The position numbers and the translations under genes are program-made. This document shows, in pieces, positions 1 to 12,851 of a stretch of 64,000 nucleotides of DNA; position 1 is the first letter of the stretch; each line of letters begins with the position of its first letter. The stretch covers positions 106,328 through 170,327 of the forward strand of contig DF237105.1 in NCBI GenBank assembly GCA_000708835.1. The letters run 5' to 3'. Source of the stretch: Klebsormidium nitens. Lineage: Eukaryota > Plantae > Klebsormidiophyceae. A model generated the notes under the pieces. It had not been told where the DNA came from, did no database searches, and worked only from the letters and a program-made list of their open reading frames with translations.

Positions 1-464
1 GATTGCTTATCTTCTGACTCTGCAACATGTAAGTTCTTTCTCGGCCTTGCCACTAACCGCCCATGAAGCTAAGCCAACAGCGTGACAACCAGTCTTTAAC
101 CGAATATGTACGAACATATTTACCTGCTTCCTCTATTCTGGCCTGCAGCAGGATCTCTCTCTATCTTCAAACCTAGGGCGTCCGCCACCTTAGCCGCCTC
201 TAAATTTCTGCCTTCCTCCCGAATGAGGGGCGTTCCAGCCGCCTTGGTTGTTGTTGTTCCTCCTGCGATCCGGTACATACCAGCATCAGGACACATGCCT
301 GCCTATTATAGGCTTTTCTCACATTTTGAGGGGCGTCTATGCCCGAGCGTGCAGCCCTGTAACGGCACACATGGCATGGCAACATGCCTTTCTGGTCCTT
401 ATCGGACGGTAACCCTTTACCGGATAGTGCCCACAGGGCTCTGCCAGTTCGCCAACAGAAGACT

Positions 465-1220
465 TTATTTGCTCACAGGGCAAGCCAACATGTTCACCGA
501 CTTGTCATTTCTGTCCCAGAGAGAAGCTAAGTTCCTGCTGATGGAAGCAATACCTCTGAAAACTCTGAGATTGAAGGTTTTTAGTACGTACGTTTTTGGG
601 CACGGGCGTCGCTTGCTTTCATACGAAATCTCTTGCCAGATTTCAGGTTCATCAATATTTGAGACCCAGTCGGATATGGCAAACTGGACTTTGTGAGGGG
701 GGGCGACCTCACATGCTGGAAGGATCTGCACACAGCCCCCTCCATTCACCAACTCTGAAAATAGAACCTCCCCTCGTGCCAAGCAGATCCGCATGGTCTC
801 CGACCCGAAACTGGCCCAGCTGTCATAGGCATGGCTTGCCACCAAGATTTTGAAAACAGGAGAGATACCTTGGTGCCTTGACCGACGAGCTCGTCTCCAA
901 AGTACGTCTCGGATGCCATCCATCGCACGCGTTTCAGATGATACCCAGGACACCGTGTGAGCAGATTTGCAAAACTGGCCCACCCTGCTTCGCCATGACT
1001 TTGTTGACCTCCGTTCAAGAGCGGTGCAGAGCTCAGGCACGGCCTTTCTGCAGGCGCGCTCCCAACCCCTTTCCTTCAGCAAGCTTGCAAAGCGCGTCGA
1101 TACGCGGGAAAGGCTCGCCAGAGTCTTGGAATCTATTCCTGGAGGGATTGGAGTTAGGGTTTTGTCAAGGATCAGGCAGACAAGGTCGTCGCTCAGGCTC
1201 TCGGATCTTGTGATTCCCAC
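465..1220 (-). pseudogene. EID1-like (EDL) F-box protein pseudogene with two compensating frameshifts
   Basis: F-box-like start LSDDLVCLILDK...LASLSRVSTRF and WERACRKAVPEL. The family motif GWASFANLLTRCPG lies in a different frame (ORF 746..1018). The original frame resumes with FSELV..LPAC..ISD and VFRGI, then stops early after CPVSK. The ORF-track start is GTG, not ATG. Confidence 0.7.
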
Positions 1221-1359
1221 GATTGACTGTGAAAGCCACTCAAAAAATTGCTACCTACTTTGGAAAACATAAAAAGGCCCCCTTGCCCATGACCCAATCT
1301 GTCAGGCTTTGTGATGCCGCGGACGCCATTGCACGGGCCTATTTTCTATCCTGATCGAT

Positions 1360-1497
1360 GTAGTGAACAGTAACGGCCAGTGAACAGTAACGGAGACGGG
1401 TAGGGTTAGTTAGGGGGTTAGGGTGGGTACGGGTGCGGAGCGGGTGATCCTTTAGGTTAGGGTTTTTAGTAACCCCAAAATGCTTACTGTTCACTAC
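1360..1497. mobile_element. Miniature inverted-repeat element with telomere-like (TTAGGG-type) interior
   Basis: Perfect 14-bp inverted repeat GTAGTGAACAGTAA (1360-1373) / TTACTGTTCACTAC (1484-1497). A second direct copy of the left motif is at ~1378-1390. The interior contains TAGGGTTAGTTAGGGGGTTAGGG and TTTAGGTTAGGGTTTT. No clear TSD. Confidence 0.55.
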
Positions 1498-1514
1498 TAA
1501 GGCTTGCTTGCTGC

Positions 1515-3700
1515 TCACTTGATCGAGACATACCTAATACCTATTTTCTTGCTGGCCCAACGTTTGTTCGCTTTCACTGCTTCAGGAGTGCGTCCAATGG
1601 ATTTGTACCAGACGTTATGACGCTTCAGCATAGCAAATGCACAGTGCCCCATCTGGATTGCAGCGACACAGAGGCCGTAAACCGCTGCTTTGGTGTCGCT
1701 GAGACAATGAACCTGTCGAGCGACCTTCTCACGTTGCTCCTCGAGCAACAAGTCGCCGACTCAAATCTGTCATCGGACGAGTACAATTTTCATGCACTCC
1801 CCCTCGCGAGCTACGGCGCAGGATCACGTCTGCTGCACTTGTACAGTCTGTACCACTAATCAGGAATCAGGAATCAGTAGGACGGTTCTGCTGGCATGGC
1901 TCCTCTGCATTGAGAATCCATTCCCCAAAGCTGCACCTACCAAACAATCGGGAAGACTCGCTCTTTGCCATTATCATGCACGTATGACCGCCCAAGCTAC
2001 TGCAGGAGCACTGCCGACGCACCAACATAGGTTCTATCTTTTTTGTCTCAATAACCTCTCACTGTCTCTCCTCTTTTGCCTTGGGCATAGCACGCTGCGC
2101 AGCATCCATCAGCCTGGCCGCTCAAACAAGGCATTGCTGACTTCTAGACCCTGAGGCACCGCTACTGACAAGCAGATGCAAAGAATCTTCAGGTTGAGAA
2201 GCGCCACCAATGCCAAGACCAAGTGATTCTTTCACGCCCTCAGTCAATTGAGGGCTGTAGCATTGTCCTGAAGTGGACGTAGAGACAAGCAGCAGTGCTC
2301 ATGGATTGACTGAGTTCTCCACTTCCAATATTGCCGGATGTGGCAACCTGATCAGCAAGGTCGTGTCTGCTGACTCGCCGTGTGTTATTACACTGAAGTG
2401 TATATTTGTGCTTGGGAGGGCCCAGTACTTCTTGAGTACCAGAGTGAGGGTTTCACTGCACTGGGCTTGGCATATGTTGAGACATACTTAAAAGTATCTG
2501 CAATACAATGAATGAGGGAACGAAAGTATTGAGCTGAGTGCGAGTTGCAAAGCTTCAGGTGAGTCAAAGAACGCAAGCATTCAGCCACGCCGCTGTCCGC
2601 AGCTGGACATCCTAATGGGCGTACTTCTTGTGTCTTTCTTTGATCTGGTGACATCCTGCTCTGATCAAAGTAGTCTGCCTTGATTTTAGCCTGTCCGAGT
2701 TCAGATTCAAGAAGAACCGGTCACATCTGCTTGGGGCTTGTTCCTTCTCCTGACTTTGCAACTGCTTAAGCCTGATGGAGTACCTCTGGCTGCATATGGC
2801 GACTTCTTTAGCTATCTCAGTGACATGCTTGGGGCAGCACTGGAGTAGTGTCAAGGTTTGCCTGTGAAAGGAGTGTGCGCCGGACTGGGTTTAGTGGGAG
2901 CTCAGGTTCCTTTTCTCAACGGCTCCTACGGAGGTCTAACAGTGAGATCAGAAACTAATGGTACACTAGAGAGGATGTGTGCGATATGATTGTCTGTCCT
3001 CCCTCAAAAACAAACACATTGCAGATTGAACATGTATATGTTTCTTTCATGTCACCTTGCTTCATCTGATGCCTCAGTATCGTTCAGCTGTCAGCTAAAA
3101 ACAGTTCTGGGGATAATCTAGGGCTTGGCGATCTGTGAGCAATCCAAACATTCTGATTCTGTCATGCTTTCAGGGGCATGATGAGCCATCCGCCAGTGTT
3201 TCCCGGGAAAGAGTTTCCAATCAAAAGCTGGGGGCGCACCTGCTTCGGTGCATTCCTCATATTCTCCCTCTTCTTCCTGTCCCAAGAATCCAATCCTGGT
3301 TACAAGATTGGGCGGGTAAGTTTTTCCAAGTTACGAAATTCTGTTTGAGCTTTGCGCTGCTCCATTGCGTACATGATTGTTTCAAATGCCGACAGGTCAA
3401 AGTCTGAGCATCTTCTACTGCCTTTCAAAAGCTCATTCCATCGGAAAGTCAGGTGAAAGCGAAGGAACCTCGCTATATTTACCCGTCTCAGTCTGGAAAC
3501 ACTTAGCCCCTGAGTTCCATATCTGAATCCTAGCAGCAGTGCAACTTTCTCATATGTGGCTTTCGCATCGGTGGCATTACGCAGAGACTAGTCTGCATCG
3601 CTTGCTTCTTCAGCTGGAACTACAATCGAAGAGCCAACTCATACATGCTGCCTTTCCTCCTGTTTACAGGGTATCAGTTCGATGCTTCAGAGTAGTGGCA
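1515..3700 (-). pseudogene. Unidentified decayed coding relic
   Basis: Minus-strand protein-like stretches broken by stops, e.g. HCLSDTKAAVYGLCVAAIQMGHCAF (AG/GT-flanked), QSIHEHCCLSLRPLQDNATALN*LRA*KNHLV, and SLRNATDAKATYEKVALLLGFRY...FETIMYAMEQRK. No family recognised. Confidence 0.3.
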
Positions 3701-3957
3701 ACCATGAGATCCCCCAGCCACAAGAGAACAGCACCCTATGTCTCGGCATCTATTGCTTAGAAGGACCCCATCTTCGGCAATCGCTTGTAATGCAACCGAG
3801 TCACTTTTTTATCAAAATACATGAAGCTTGGACAATGTAAGTATCTTGCCAAAACTTCGATGGTGACAGGCCCTGTCTGACACTTGTGAACTGGAATGCT
3901 TCTGCAACTCTAATCCTGCAAGATTCGGGTCTCGGAAAGCCTTGTTTGGTCCTCGAG

Positions 3958-4230
3958 TTTGACTTCAAGAGCAGCAAAACGGTCCATGCAGGTCTTCTGC
4001 ACCAAACGGTGAAGTATGAAGACACAACTCGAGACCAGTATCTTATGCATCTAAGAGAGAGCTTCAGCAGGCAATCAAAATCTCTTCCTCAAAATCTCCT
4101 TATTAAACCGGTTTGGTGTTTGAGGTTGACTTCGAGAGCAGCAGAACGATCCATGCAGGTCTTCTGCACCAAACGCTGATGTCTAAGGACCTTATTCAAG
4201 ACCAGTATCTTATGCATCCAAGTCAAAGGT
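3958..4230. repeat. Two-copy tandem duplication, 167-bp period
   Basis: CCATGCAGGTCTTCTGCACCAAACG at 3984 and 4151; GACCAGTATCTTATGCATC is present in both copies. Confidence 0.85.
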
Positions 4231-4330
4231 TCCGACAGGAGGCGGTCGAACTTTCTATTCCTGCGGCCGGTGTGGTTGAGAATATTTTCAAAGTTTCCGT
4301 AAGTCGCTCAGATGTCATGCCGTGATGCAG

Positions 4331-7300
4331 ATCCAAATGCTATGGCCGAGCCGTCGGTGCCCCAGGCATCTTCAGTTTGGAGATGACTTACGTAGGCAAG
4401 CACATGCTCCGGGTGGACTATATGGCACACCAGGTGAGGTTTTTTACGGCCACCTCGCTATCATGCCTCACCTCGTAATCAACTCTTCTTGCCAGAAGCG
4501 TTAACAGTGATTTCAATTCTATTGTCTACTTCAGTCCGTCAAAGCTGAGTATCTTCACTTAGTCGACTCTTCTTGCCGAAGCCTTTCACAGTGCATCCGT
4601 TCAAGGTCAGTCCGTCAAAGCCGAGTCTCTTCAGTTGCCCATCAGAGGCCGGCAAGGGAAAGTCAGGCTTTGACGGGTAACTCCCCTGCTGTCACTGCCG
4701 TTGAGACGTATAGGCAGGATCGGACGAGCTGCTGCCGTGTTGAAAACGAGAGGCTCATCAGATTGGAGTGTGATGAAATAATTGCTGAGCTAGAAGGAGA
4801 CCGCAATGGAACTGACTTGGCTGGGGCACACACGGAGTATCGCTCTTTCGGTAAAAACAAGCCGCTTGGTTTTCGCAGGAGGGCGACTACAAGCTGTGGA
4901 TCTCCTGCGCTGATTACGTTCCCCCCTGGACTCCACCAGAGCTTCCAACCTCGGCCATATTCACCCCGTGGTTCCATCATCAAACTCTCCCCATGCTACC
5001 AACCGTGCTGACCATTCTCCCCAACTCAAAGGTCGAACCAAGGGGCTGCCAACCTTGCCAAGGCCCTGATATCGGTACTTTCTCAGGGCAATGGGTTAAC
5101 GCCACGGATCTTCAGGCATACTGCGGGGAACATGTGCTTGGGGCGGTCCACGAATGGTTCGAAGACGACTTCGTCTGGGCTGCCCGCCAGTGCACCTATC
5201 CGTTTCGGTCCCGGGCCGAGTTTCTGGAGCGGTTCGATGGGGCCAGCATCCTTTTTGCTGGGGACTCCACGGTGAGCACTTGATGGCCAGCTTGATATCC
5301 GATTGTTACTTCTATTCATAGCGAGTGCACCGAATTTACTGGGATGTCATCGATCTTCATGACGAGCCAGCTTCTTGGATTCTGTAGGCCTGCCACATGT
5401 TATTCGAGTTCTCCCGAAGATGCAGACTGATGAGGAGCACACGCTCTGATGCTTAAAGCTTGAGTGCATTTGTCAGCTCCCACTTCGGATTGCATTGAGA
5501 TGTTTTGAGATGCTCATGTGAGCTGTTCCAAATCAAAAGCCTCCATTTCTTGGGCAAGTCGTGCAGATGAGGGGCCAATTCATCGATATGCAGAATTGGC
5601 TTTGGTATGGCATCGGCCCGGAGACTTTGCAGGCGCCTTTCGTCTACTTCAATGAAACCAGCTTCCACAGCTCTTGGGATGAGCGTGTCTCTGGTTTCAA
5701 CACCGAGAACGACATGCGGGCCGTTACACCAAATCCGTTTGAGGTGAGCGTGCGTTCTCGTTCTGAACGATATAATGCCAGCAAAAGTTTCCTCCGTCTC
5801 GCAAAACCGGCTGCCGCTTTGACAACCACGATGACCACTCTCAGCAGCTTCGTCATAACCGGGTGCCCAATGATGTCAGAATCTCTTCAGCATCTGACTT
5901 ACAAGTGCTGCTATCTTTTCAATCTCTGGTTTGGACTCGTGGAAACAACACTCTCCTGATTTGACTACCAAGCAACTCTGCAAGCAACGCAACTGAATTG
6001 TTCGTATAATCTTTGTCCGTTGAAGCCACATTTGGTTCTGGGTCATGACGGCTAATCATTGTCCCTGTTTGCCTGCATACGGTGTCATTTGAGTGGCAGC
6101 AGTCAGAAAAGGTTTTGCCACAAACTCCTGACTTTCGCATGTTAAACTTGATTCGTATTCGGATCTCAAGATTCTCCTACCTGCAGGTGGGCCGGTTTCG
6201 AGCAGAGTATATCGAGGTAACGAATCCCGTCACAAGGTTTGAAGACGTCGTGCTGCGCACAGCATGGAGAAACAAGGTAAGTAGCCGGAGCCCTTTTGAG
6301 ACGCGCGTGCCTTTTTGTGAGCTCTTTCTGATGAGTCTAGCAAAGCTTACCGTGAAATTCCCGACTCAGGACCAACGTCTCAAAAGCCCGGTCCCCTACG
6401 TTTGCGGTTGGCCACATTATCTGGACTATCATCTCGCAAGTGACCGCGCCTGGATTCGATCATCGGATGAAACGGCACCAGAACGTTGACTTCATTTTGT
6501 ATTCAAAGCTGGCCCGTCCTTTCCGACCTGTGTAAGTACAAGTCTCTGGACGGGGATGCGTCCGAACTTGGTCACGTGATGGGTCATAAAAATTGTAGCA
6601 TGAGATTGTACGCTTTGAAGACTCTATGCACGTGATACCTAAGGCTGTCATGCTTCTCTACAGGTTGAGCTTGCCAAGTACCACTATCACGCAACAGTGA
6701 TAAACTACGGCTTGTGGGGGATGACCTCTGCATACCAGTTTTCATGCCAATTACCCGCATACTTGAAGAATCTATTCGAACGGTTCATATGCCGTCCCGT
6801 GGACCTTCACAGATTTCCTATAGATTACTACAATGACACACTCCCTTCTTTGCCAGACAGCAATATTGGTTACGAAGCTTGCTCATGGAGGGACTATGAT
6901 CAATCCCAGCAGCATGCTGGTAGACTTGGCAGCTTCTCGAAGTCGAAATGCCTCGAAAAATTTCCTGGGAGACTTGTGTACCGATCAACCGGGGCAAAGC
7001 ATTCATGGGACCATGCTTGTGTTGAGGACTGGCCATATCCACGGGGCATGGTAAGCGTTTTCGAGCCTTGGCGCGCAAGCGACACACTTCGATTACGAAA
7101 AAAGAACGACAATCTGTTGGCTACCAATTGGTTTTAGCATCCTACTTCTGATGCCAAAAGGACTTCCTAGATGATTCGGTCATCACTCGTGAAACGTCTA
7201 GGGCAAATCTGTTGGTTCCTGATGCATCTTGGGTCAGTCAAAGGCAGCATCAAAAAGCTGTTGGCTTTGGGTCAGATTTTGGTTGGGTCAGACTCGTATG

Positions 7301-8246
7301 ATGTCCCATGTGCCAGCGGTATCGAAGCAATGTTTTGTAGCAACATATGTCTGAGGTGGTCGTGAGGGATGAGAACGTTAACGTGGGCAGGAATCTCTGA
7401 CGTGTCGAGATCTTGTGGCATACTCAAAACTCACTCGGATGCATTTCGCTTGGGGTGCCACACCAAACATGCACACTTGAGGCTTGATTACAAATTGGTT
7501 GTTTCTTCTTCCCCTTTTCAGTGTCAGCTGGATCGAGGAATTACACAAATGATAGAAGATGTCTATGATAATTCGTGGGATGGCGACCTCGTAAGGCTGG
7601 TGAGTGCGCGATTTCGACGTTATTATCAGATGAAGACGACTCAACAATAGCCTGAACAACAAGTATGCGTCCAAAGCGGACTGTCCGCTTCCCGTCCGCT
7701 AGTTTATACACGAGTCAGCTGGATTTGACCATGTGATTGCATGCACACTCGCACGTGGTTCAAGTCGCCTCTTATCATTGTGGTACAAGTTTACACTCTG
7801 ACATGTTGCTTACCTACAGGACATGTACAATCTGACGCATATGCGGCCCGATCGAGCATTGGATGGCTATCATTTTTTCCCTAGGCCATGCTTTCACCAC
7901 GTGAGTTCTCATGCCTTCATTCAACGTATCACGCTTCTACATCCCGTCTATGTGATTCGCACTCTGCTTGACCGCTCATGATCCTTGTTCGTTTCGAAGT
8001 CACAACGTTGCTTATTTCTATGGCAGGACTCGATCCTTGCAAAAGATCTTTAGAGAGCAATCTGTCCTGTGCCTTTTCACCGATTCGTCATCTTTGTTGC
8101 TGCAGCATAACAAAACGGTATGCAGTTGGAGGCCGGAGATCCCAAAATGTTGCTTCGCTCCTGATTTTCCTCAAGTCGGTTCGCTGACGTTAACGAATAT
8201 AATGATTAACCTCCTGTGGCACGATCCACGGTTATTGAAACATTAG
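4331..8246 (+). CDS. Spliced Ig-like + SGNH/PC-esterase (TBL/NXPE-like) acyl-esterase or acyltransferase; 5' end unresolved
   Basis: Phase-consistent exons 4331-4434, 4879-5271, 5567-5743, 6187-6216, 6664-7050, 7522-7599, 7820-7900, 8106-8246. Motifs: C..SGQW..FVWAARQC..FLERFDGASILFAGDS (GDS nucleophile), VINYGLW (block III-like), LDMYNLTHMRPD..DGYH (DxxH), terminal TNIMINLLW. Confidence 0.8.
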
Positions 8247-9130
8247 GAACAGATGGCAACGCAAGTGCTAAACAAGTGAATTCGTGTCAAAGTTGTTTGA
8301 AGATCGGAGTTCGCATCGGTTTAGGTTGTAGTACTGAATGAGTGAATGACCAGGTCAGTGAGCCTCGGAGTCGTTGGTTAACTTGAAAGCTCGCCATTCA
8401 GATGTTGGTGGTCAGTCGATCAATAAGATCAAGGGAAGGAGCTCCGTCCTTACAGCAGAGCCGGCCGAACAGAACCTAGAGTGCATGCTAGCCACTAGCT
8501 GTACTGCACAAGTGCCGCTGTTCTACAGCCAACATGAAGTCGGACGCATCGTGAGTCCTTGAGTCACTGTGCCACACCTGCCATTCCGGAGTGATCTGAT
8601 CGTGACTACCTAGCAGTCAAGTTTTTTGAATACATATATGCTTCGGCATTTGATTGGACACGTTCTCCAATTCATTACTTTGGCATAATCAACAGCTTGT
8701 TATTTACAGAGCTAGTCTTCAAATGGCCGACCATCTTCGGCTTCAATGGCCGGGCGTATTCCATGCTGCTTCAAATTATATCTAAGAGGTGCGCTCATAT
8801 AGAAAACCGTGGCTCGTAACTGCGCAGCGAGCAAAAACTGCAAAACAGCGCGGCGCCCCCGCTGCGCCATGTATACAGATTCTGCTTTATTCAAACAAAC
8901 TTGGACTCATATTTATTATACTCATATATACTCATATTATTATTAAGTTCATGCAAGAATCACGTGTTTTTCAATCGTCCATGCACTGCATTTCAATTAC
9001 GCGCTATCATTTGAAATAGTTGGCGCTCCACGCAAGACCGGCCCGACGCGACAGAGGTCACTGAGTCACCACAAATCTACCTAGACAGTATGGTATTATT
9101 ACCGTTGGATACTAATATATGTCAATCTAT

Positions 9131-10674
9131 CTACTTCGAGGTGAAGACCACCTTTTCTCCATTCCCATTTACATTCATAATGCCTGCCTCGTCCCTGTGC
9201 AAAAACAGCGGGCTACTGCTACGTACCCTGCCAATGTTCTCCTGGACTTGCTCAATGATAAGCCCCCCGAGTACGTCGGACAGCGGACTCTTATAATGCT
9301 TCAAGATGGCTGTCGAAGTTACCAGGTCCAAAGCCAGAGATAGGAGGGACAGTACAAGAGGGAGCAATATCAGGGCAGTCACCCGCAGCTGACTCACTGT
9401 CTCCTCGTAGATGACTACGTCACCACCGTAGGCCAAAGAGTAGAAAGTCCCATTGATGATATCGAGGATGTCTTGGATTTCATTGGCTGATCTTACTTGC
9501 CTAGACGTCTTGTCGGGATTCCGTTCATATGTGTACGAAACTCCGCTCGTGACGATTGGTTCGTCACCACATACATCCAAATCCGGACTCTTGTAAGAGG
9601 CTCCTTCCGCCTTGATGCACACCTTGCCACTTTGATCAACCGACGCGCACATGATCATACCAGAAACTTCATCACGAGAGTAGTCAAACAACTCAGCCGT
9701 CACTTCAGAGTTGGTTATGGCGCTCAACACTTGATCAAGCTGGCTTGAGTTGAAGATCCTATTCCCGTCTCGATCAATCAACCTAGTGTCGCTGCTTGCA
9801 ACAAACACCCCCTTGACACCACAAGCATACGAAACTGCAAGGTTTGCCCCTACATAATCGCCGGAAAGCCCCACGAGAATCAGGGGCAAATCACTTCCCT
9901 CAATGAAGAAGCTAAAGTAGTTGTTGAATGCATAGCTCAGAGGCACTCCTCTCGGTTTTTTGAATGTGAAGCTCACGCCTGTGTCCTTCACAACAAGCCC
10001 GTCCAGGTGCCGAAGCTCATACTTGTTGAAGATTCTTTTCCTGGCTCCATCTCTCTCAGTGGTGTTCAGCCGAGCATTGGTCAGCCGCCCCTCTTTGCTG
10101 ATCACCATTTTGAACACTTGTTGAACTAAGGAGGAAATGTTTTCGCCCTTGGGGTAGCCACTCGACTCTTGCAATGAGTAGAGTGAAGACGATATGTACT
10201 TCCCCCCCTCCTCCGCATCCTGCAAGTTTGTGGTGCGGGTAACGGTGTTGCTCTCGGTGGAAACCGCAAGCCACAGCAGTGGGTTAATGGAGCTGACAGC
10301 TTGAAGGAGCACAATGGACATTACAGCACACAGATTTGCAAGGCTGCCTGACTTCCCATTCCGAGGCCCCCAATGTAGCCTCTGCTGCTTGTCGCCCCTA
10401 ACTGCTTCCAAGTCTTTTCAACCCAAGAGTCATTTGATTCCCTAAGCTCCACCAGGCCACTCTTTCTCGGCGAATCCCGCCCTGCCCACCCAGAAACCAG
10501 GGCCATGAAAGCCCCTTCCTTCACTTTGTTCAACACGGCCAGGTCTCCAAACCGCGCGAGCAGGCTTACAATGAACCTGCTCAGGCTCCACGTCAGCACC
10601 ACCACTTGCAGCGTGATGACAGCTGACACAGCGGGCGCATACACTGAATCCACAACTACGCTCAGTGCGTCCAT
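9131..10674 (-). CDS. Intronless multi-pass membrane protein of unknown function, split by one frameshift near 10330-10400
   Basis: ORF 10321..10674 (ATG start, N-terminal hydrophobic helix) overlaps ORF 9131..10411 in another frame. The latter has a hydrophobic segment LCAVMSIVLLQAVSSINPLLWLAV, a long Cys/N-X-S/T-containing loop and a C-terminal TM (VTALILLPLVLSLLSLALDLV). Confidence 0.65.
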
Positions 10675-12851
10675 CCTCAGTGGCGCAATTGCTCAGAGCT
10701 GCCCGGGAGATATTGTCACGGCCGCTCAGTGGCTGTCACCGAGTCGAGGGTGGAATGGCCCGGGCCTATGTTTCACTTGCAGCTTTGGTTGTGCCCCGCT
10801 CCCTAAGCAAACACGGCCACCTGAAGACAGAGAAAGGAAGAAGCATGCCAGCATACCAATGGGGGGTATCTTTATGATGCATGTTACGGTATTACATTCT
10901 GACATTACTACCAAACTGTTTTCTAAGATTTGAAATCTGTAACCCAATGCTATTGCAGGCCGCCGCGGCCTACCGGCCGCGGTATACTAAGCTAACTTTG
11001 ACTGGACTCGTGGAGCAGGGACGATTGTTTTCAGCAACGGGATCCCTAGGCTTGGCCCGGGATTTCAGGATAATGGGATCCAGGGATTGCCCAAACCACT
11101 GAGCATCATGCTCGTATGCCACCTGGCGCTTCGAGGCAAGCTGATCTGGTTACGGTACGGAGCCCGACTAGGTACCGGTACGGCGGTAGTTTCTTGGGTA
11201 GTACCTATACTACCGTACCTGGCTACCTAGTCCTCGGCCGGCCGGGCGCCGCCGACGTCATGGTACGTACGCGAAGCGACGTACCGGGTGACGATCATCG
11301 GATCGGGTCACGGGTGGCGCGCGACAGGCGCGAGTGCCGCCGCCGCGCCGGCGAGGCTGCTGGGGGGGCCGGGCCCGGCCCCAGGCTGGCAGGCGCCAGG
11401 CTCGGCTCGGCGCCCACCGGCGTCCGGGCAGCCGGGCCTTATGGGGGCAACCATATTAACACATGTCAGGCTGTCAGCCATGTAATAATAAATGATGGCA
11501 TGCCTGAGGTGACCAGGTAAGTTGAGGTCTAGAGGTCGCGCGGTAGTCGCGTCAAAAGGTGTTCAAAAGTTCGCATGGAAAAGTGAACGAATGACCGGGA
11601 AGAGGCGCACGCATGGTGCACGTATGCCGGCATTGGCTCAGTGGTTGGGCATGTTGGCCCGTGGGCGGCAGCAAAAGAGACATCATCAGGAGGTAGTAGC
11701 CGCCACCAAGAAGGGTTCAAAACATTCGACATAAGTTGCAGACGGGCTGCAGACGGCCCCTGAGGCCTAGGGGAGTGGCATCGTTGGACTCCCCCACGAC
11801 TCCCCGCGTTGACTAGCTAGACTTCGATCGTGTATGTGCACTTCGGCTGAACTGAATATGTATTGATCTACCTTTCGGCTCCGTGCATCCGTGGGCTACT
11901 GGGCGGCTCAGAGACACGGCTGAGAATGTGCAGGTTCGATCCAAAGTACGGTAAGAATGGACGTCGGATTGCAGATAGACAGAGCCCCGAAATTGAGGCA
12001 AACTTGAAAGTGAACTCGCTAAATTTTAGACGGATCATCAGTGATCATCGAAGAAGATTCTGAATATGGATCAGTGTTGCCCTAAGAATGGAGACAGGCA
12101 GCCGGCCAATGTATGCCAGGAAAGGCTGTCGAAGGAAACAAATCAGATGAAAAGAATGCGAGATTTCGTGAATCACTCTCCGGATCAGTAGCGCTGAAAA
12201 TCAATTAAAAGAAAGACGCTTGTTCAAGGGGTTTCAAAAGCTCTGGCCCTAAGTATTTTTAGCACATGGGATTCGTGCATTGGTAATATATGTAGATCTT
12301 GTCGGAACTCAAAATGCAGGCCAGACGTGAGCCGCGTACGGTACGCCGCTTAGCTAGTAACTTAATTTGCATGACGGGATTTGCATGTTAATGATCATGC
12401 ACATGCTGACTACAATATTCTTTGTATACATCGATGTATGCGTGTGACATGTCAATGGCTGTATATTTGTGTTGCCAATACGCCCACGTGGAGGCAACCG
12501 CCGCCAACACTGATCGCTGGGCGACGGAACAAATGATGCATCTGATTGCCACAAGTAACTTTACAACACCTGGACCGGACCCTGTTACAGGGCAGGCTGT
12601 GCTTCCGACTTTGCGGCGGGCGGCTGTGCACGATATGTTTGGATGCTGGTAATGCCATGTGCATTATAGCATGGACTTGAATTCGTAGCGTCACCATCCA
12701 AATCCAAGATGCGCCTTGCCTGCATGTTAGATTCCCTCGACCCGGCTTGGAAGGGGTCAAGCTGCCAGACTACTTGATGACATTTGCAAACTCACGGTTC
12801 AATACTGATTTCTGTATGCCTGTTCCTAACCGCTCCATCTAGCATCTGCAC

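Noticed and set aside
106-696. 196-aa plus-strand ORF
   Set aside because: Antisense to the F-box relic, no recognisable motifs; likely a shadow ORF.
1395-1470. True telomere or telomere-healing site
   Set aside because: Short, degenerate, internal and enclosed by inverted repeats.
4670-4878. ORF 4670..5011 as the first esterase exon with a 28-nt intron
   Set aside because: The intron would be implausibly short, and exon 4331-4434 joins 4879 in phase with a better motif.
11770-11825. GGGGAGT..ACTCCCC hairpin followed by CTAG as a Helitron 3' end
   Set aside because: CTAG is not followed by T, there is no matching 5' TC end and no Rep/helicase nearby.
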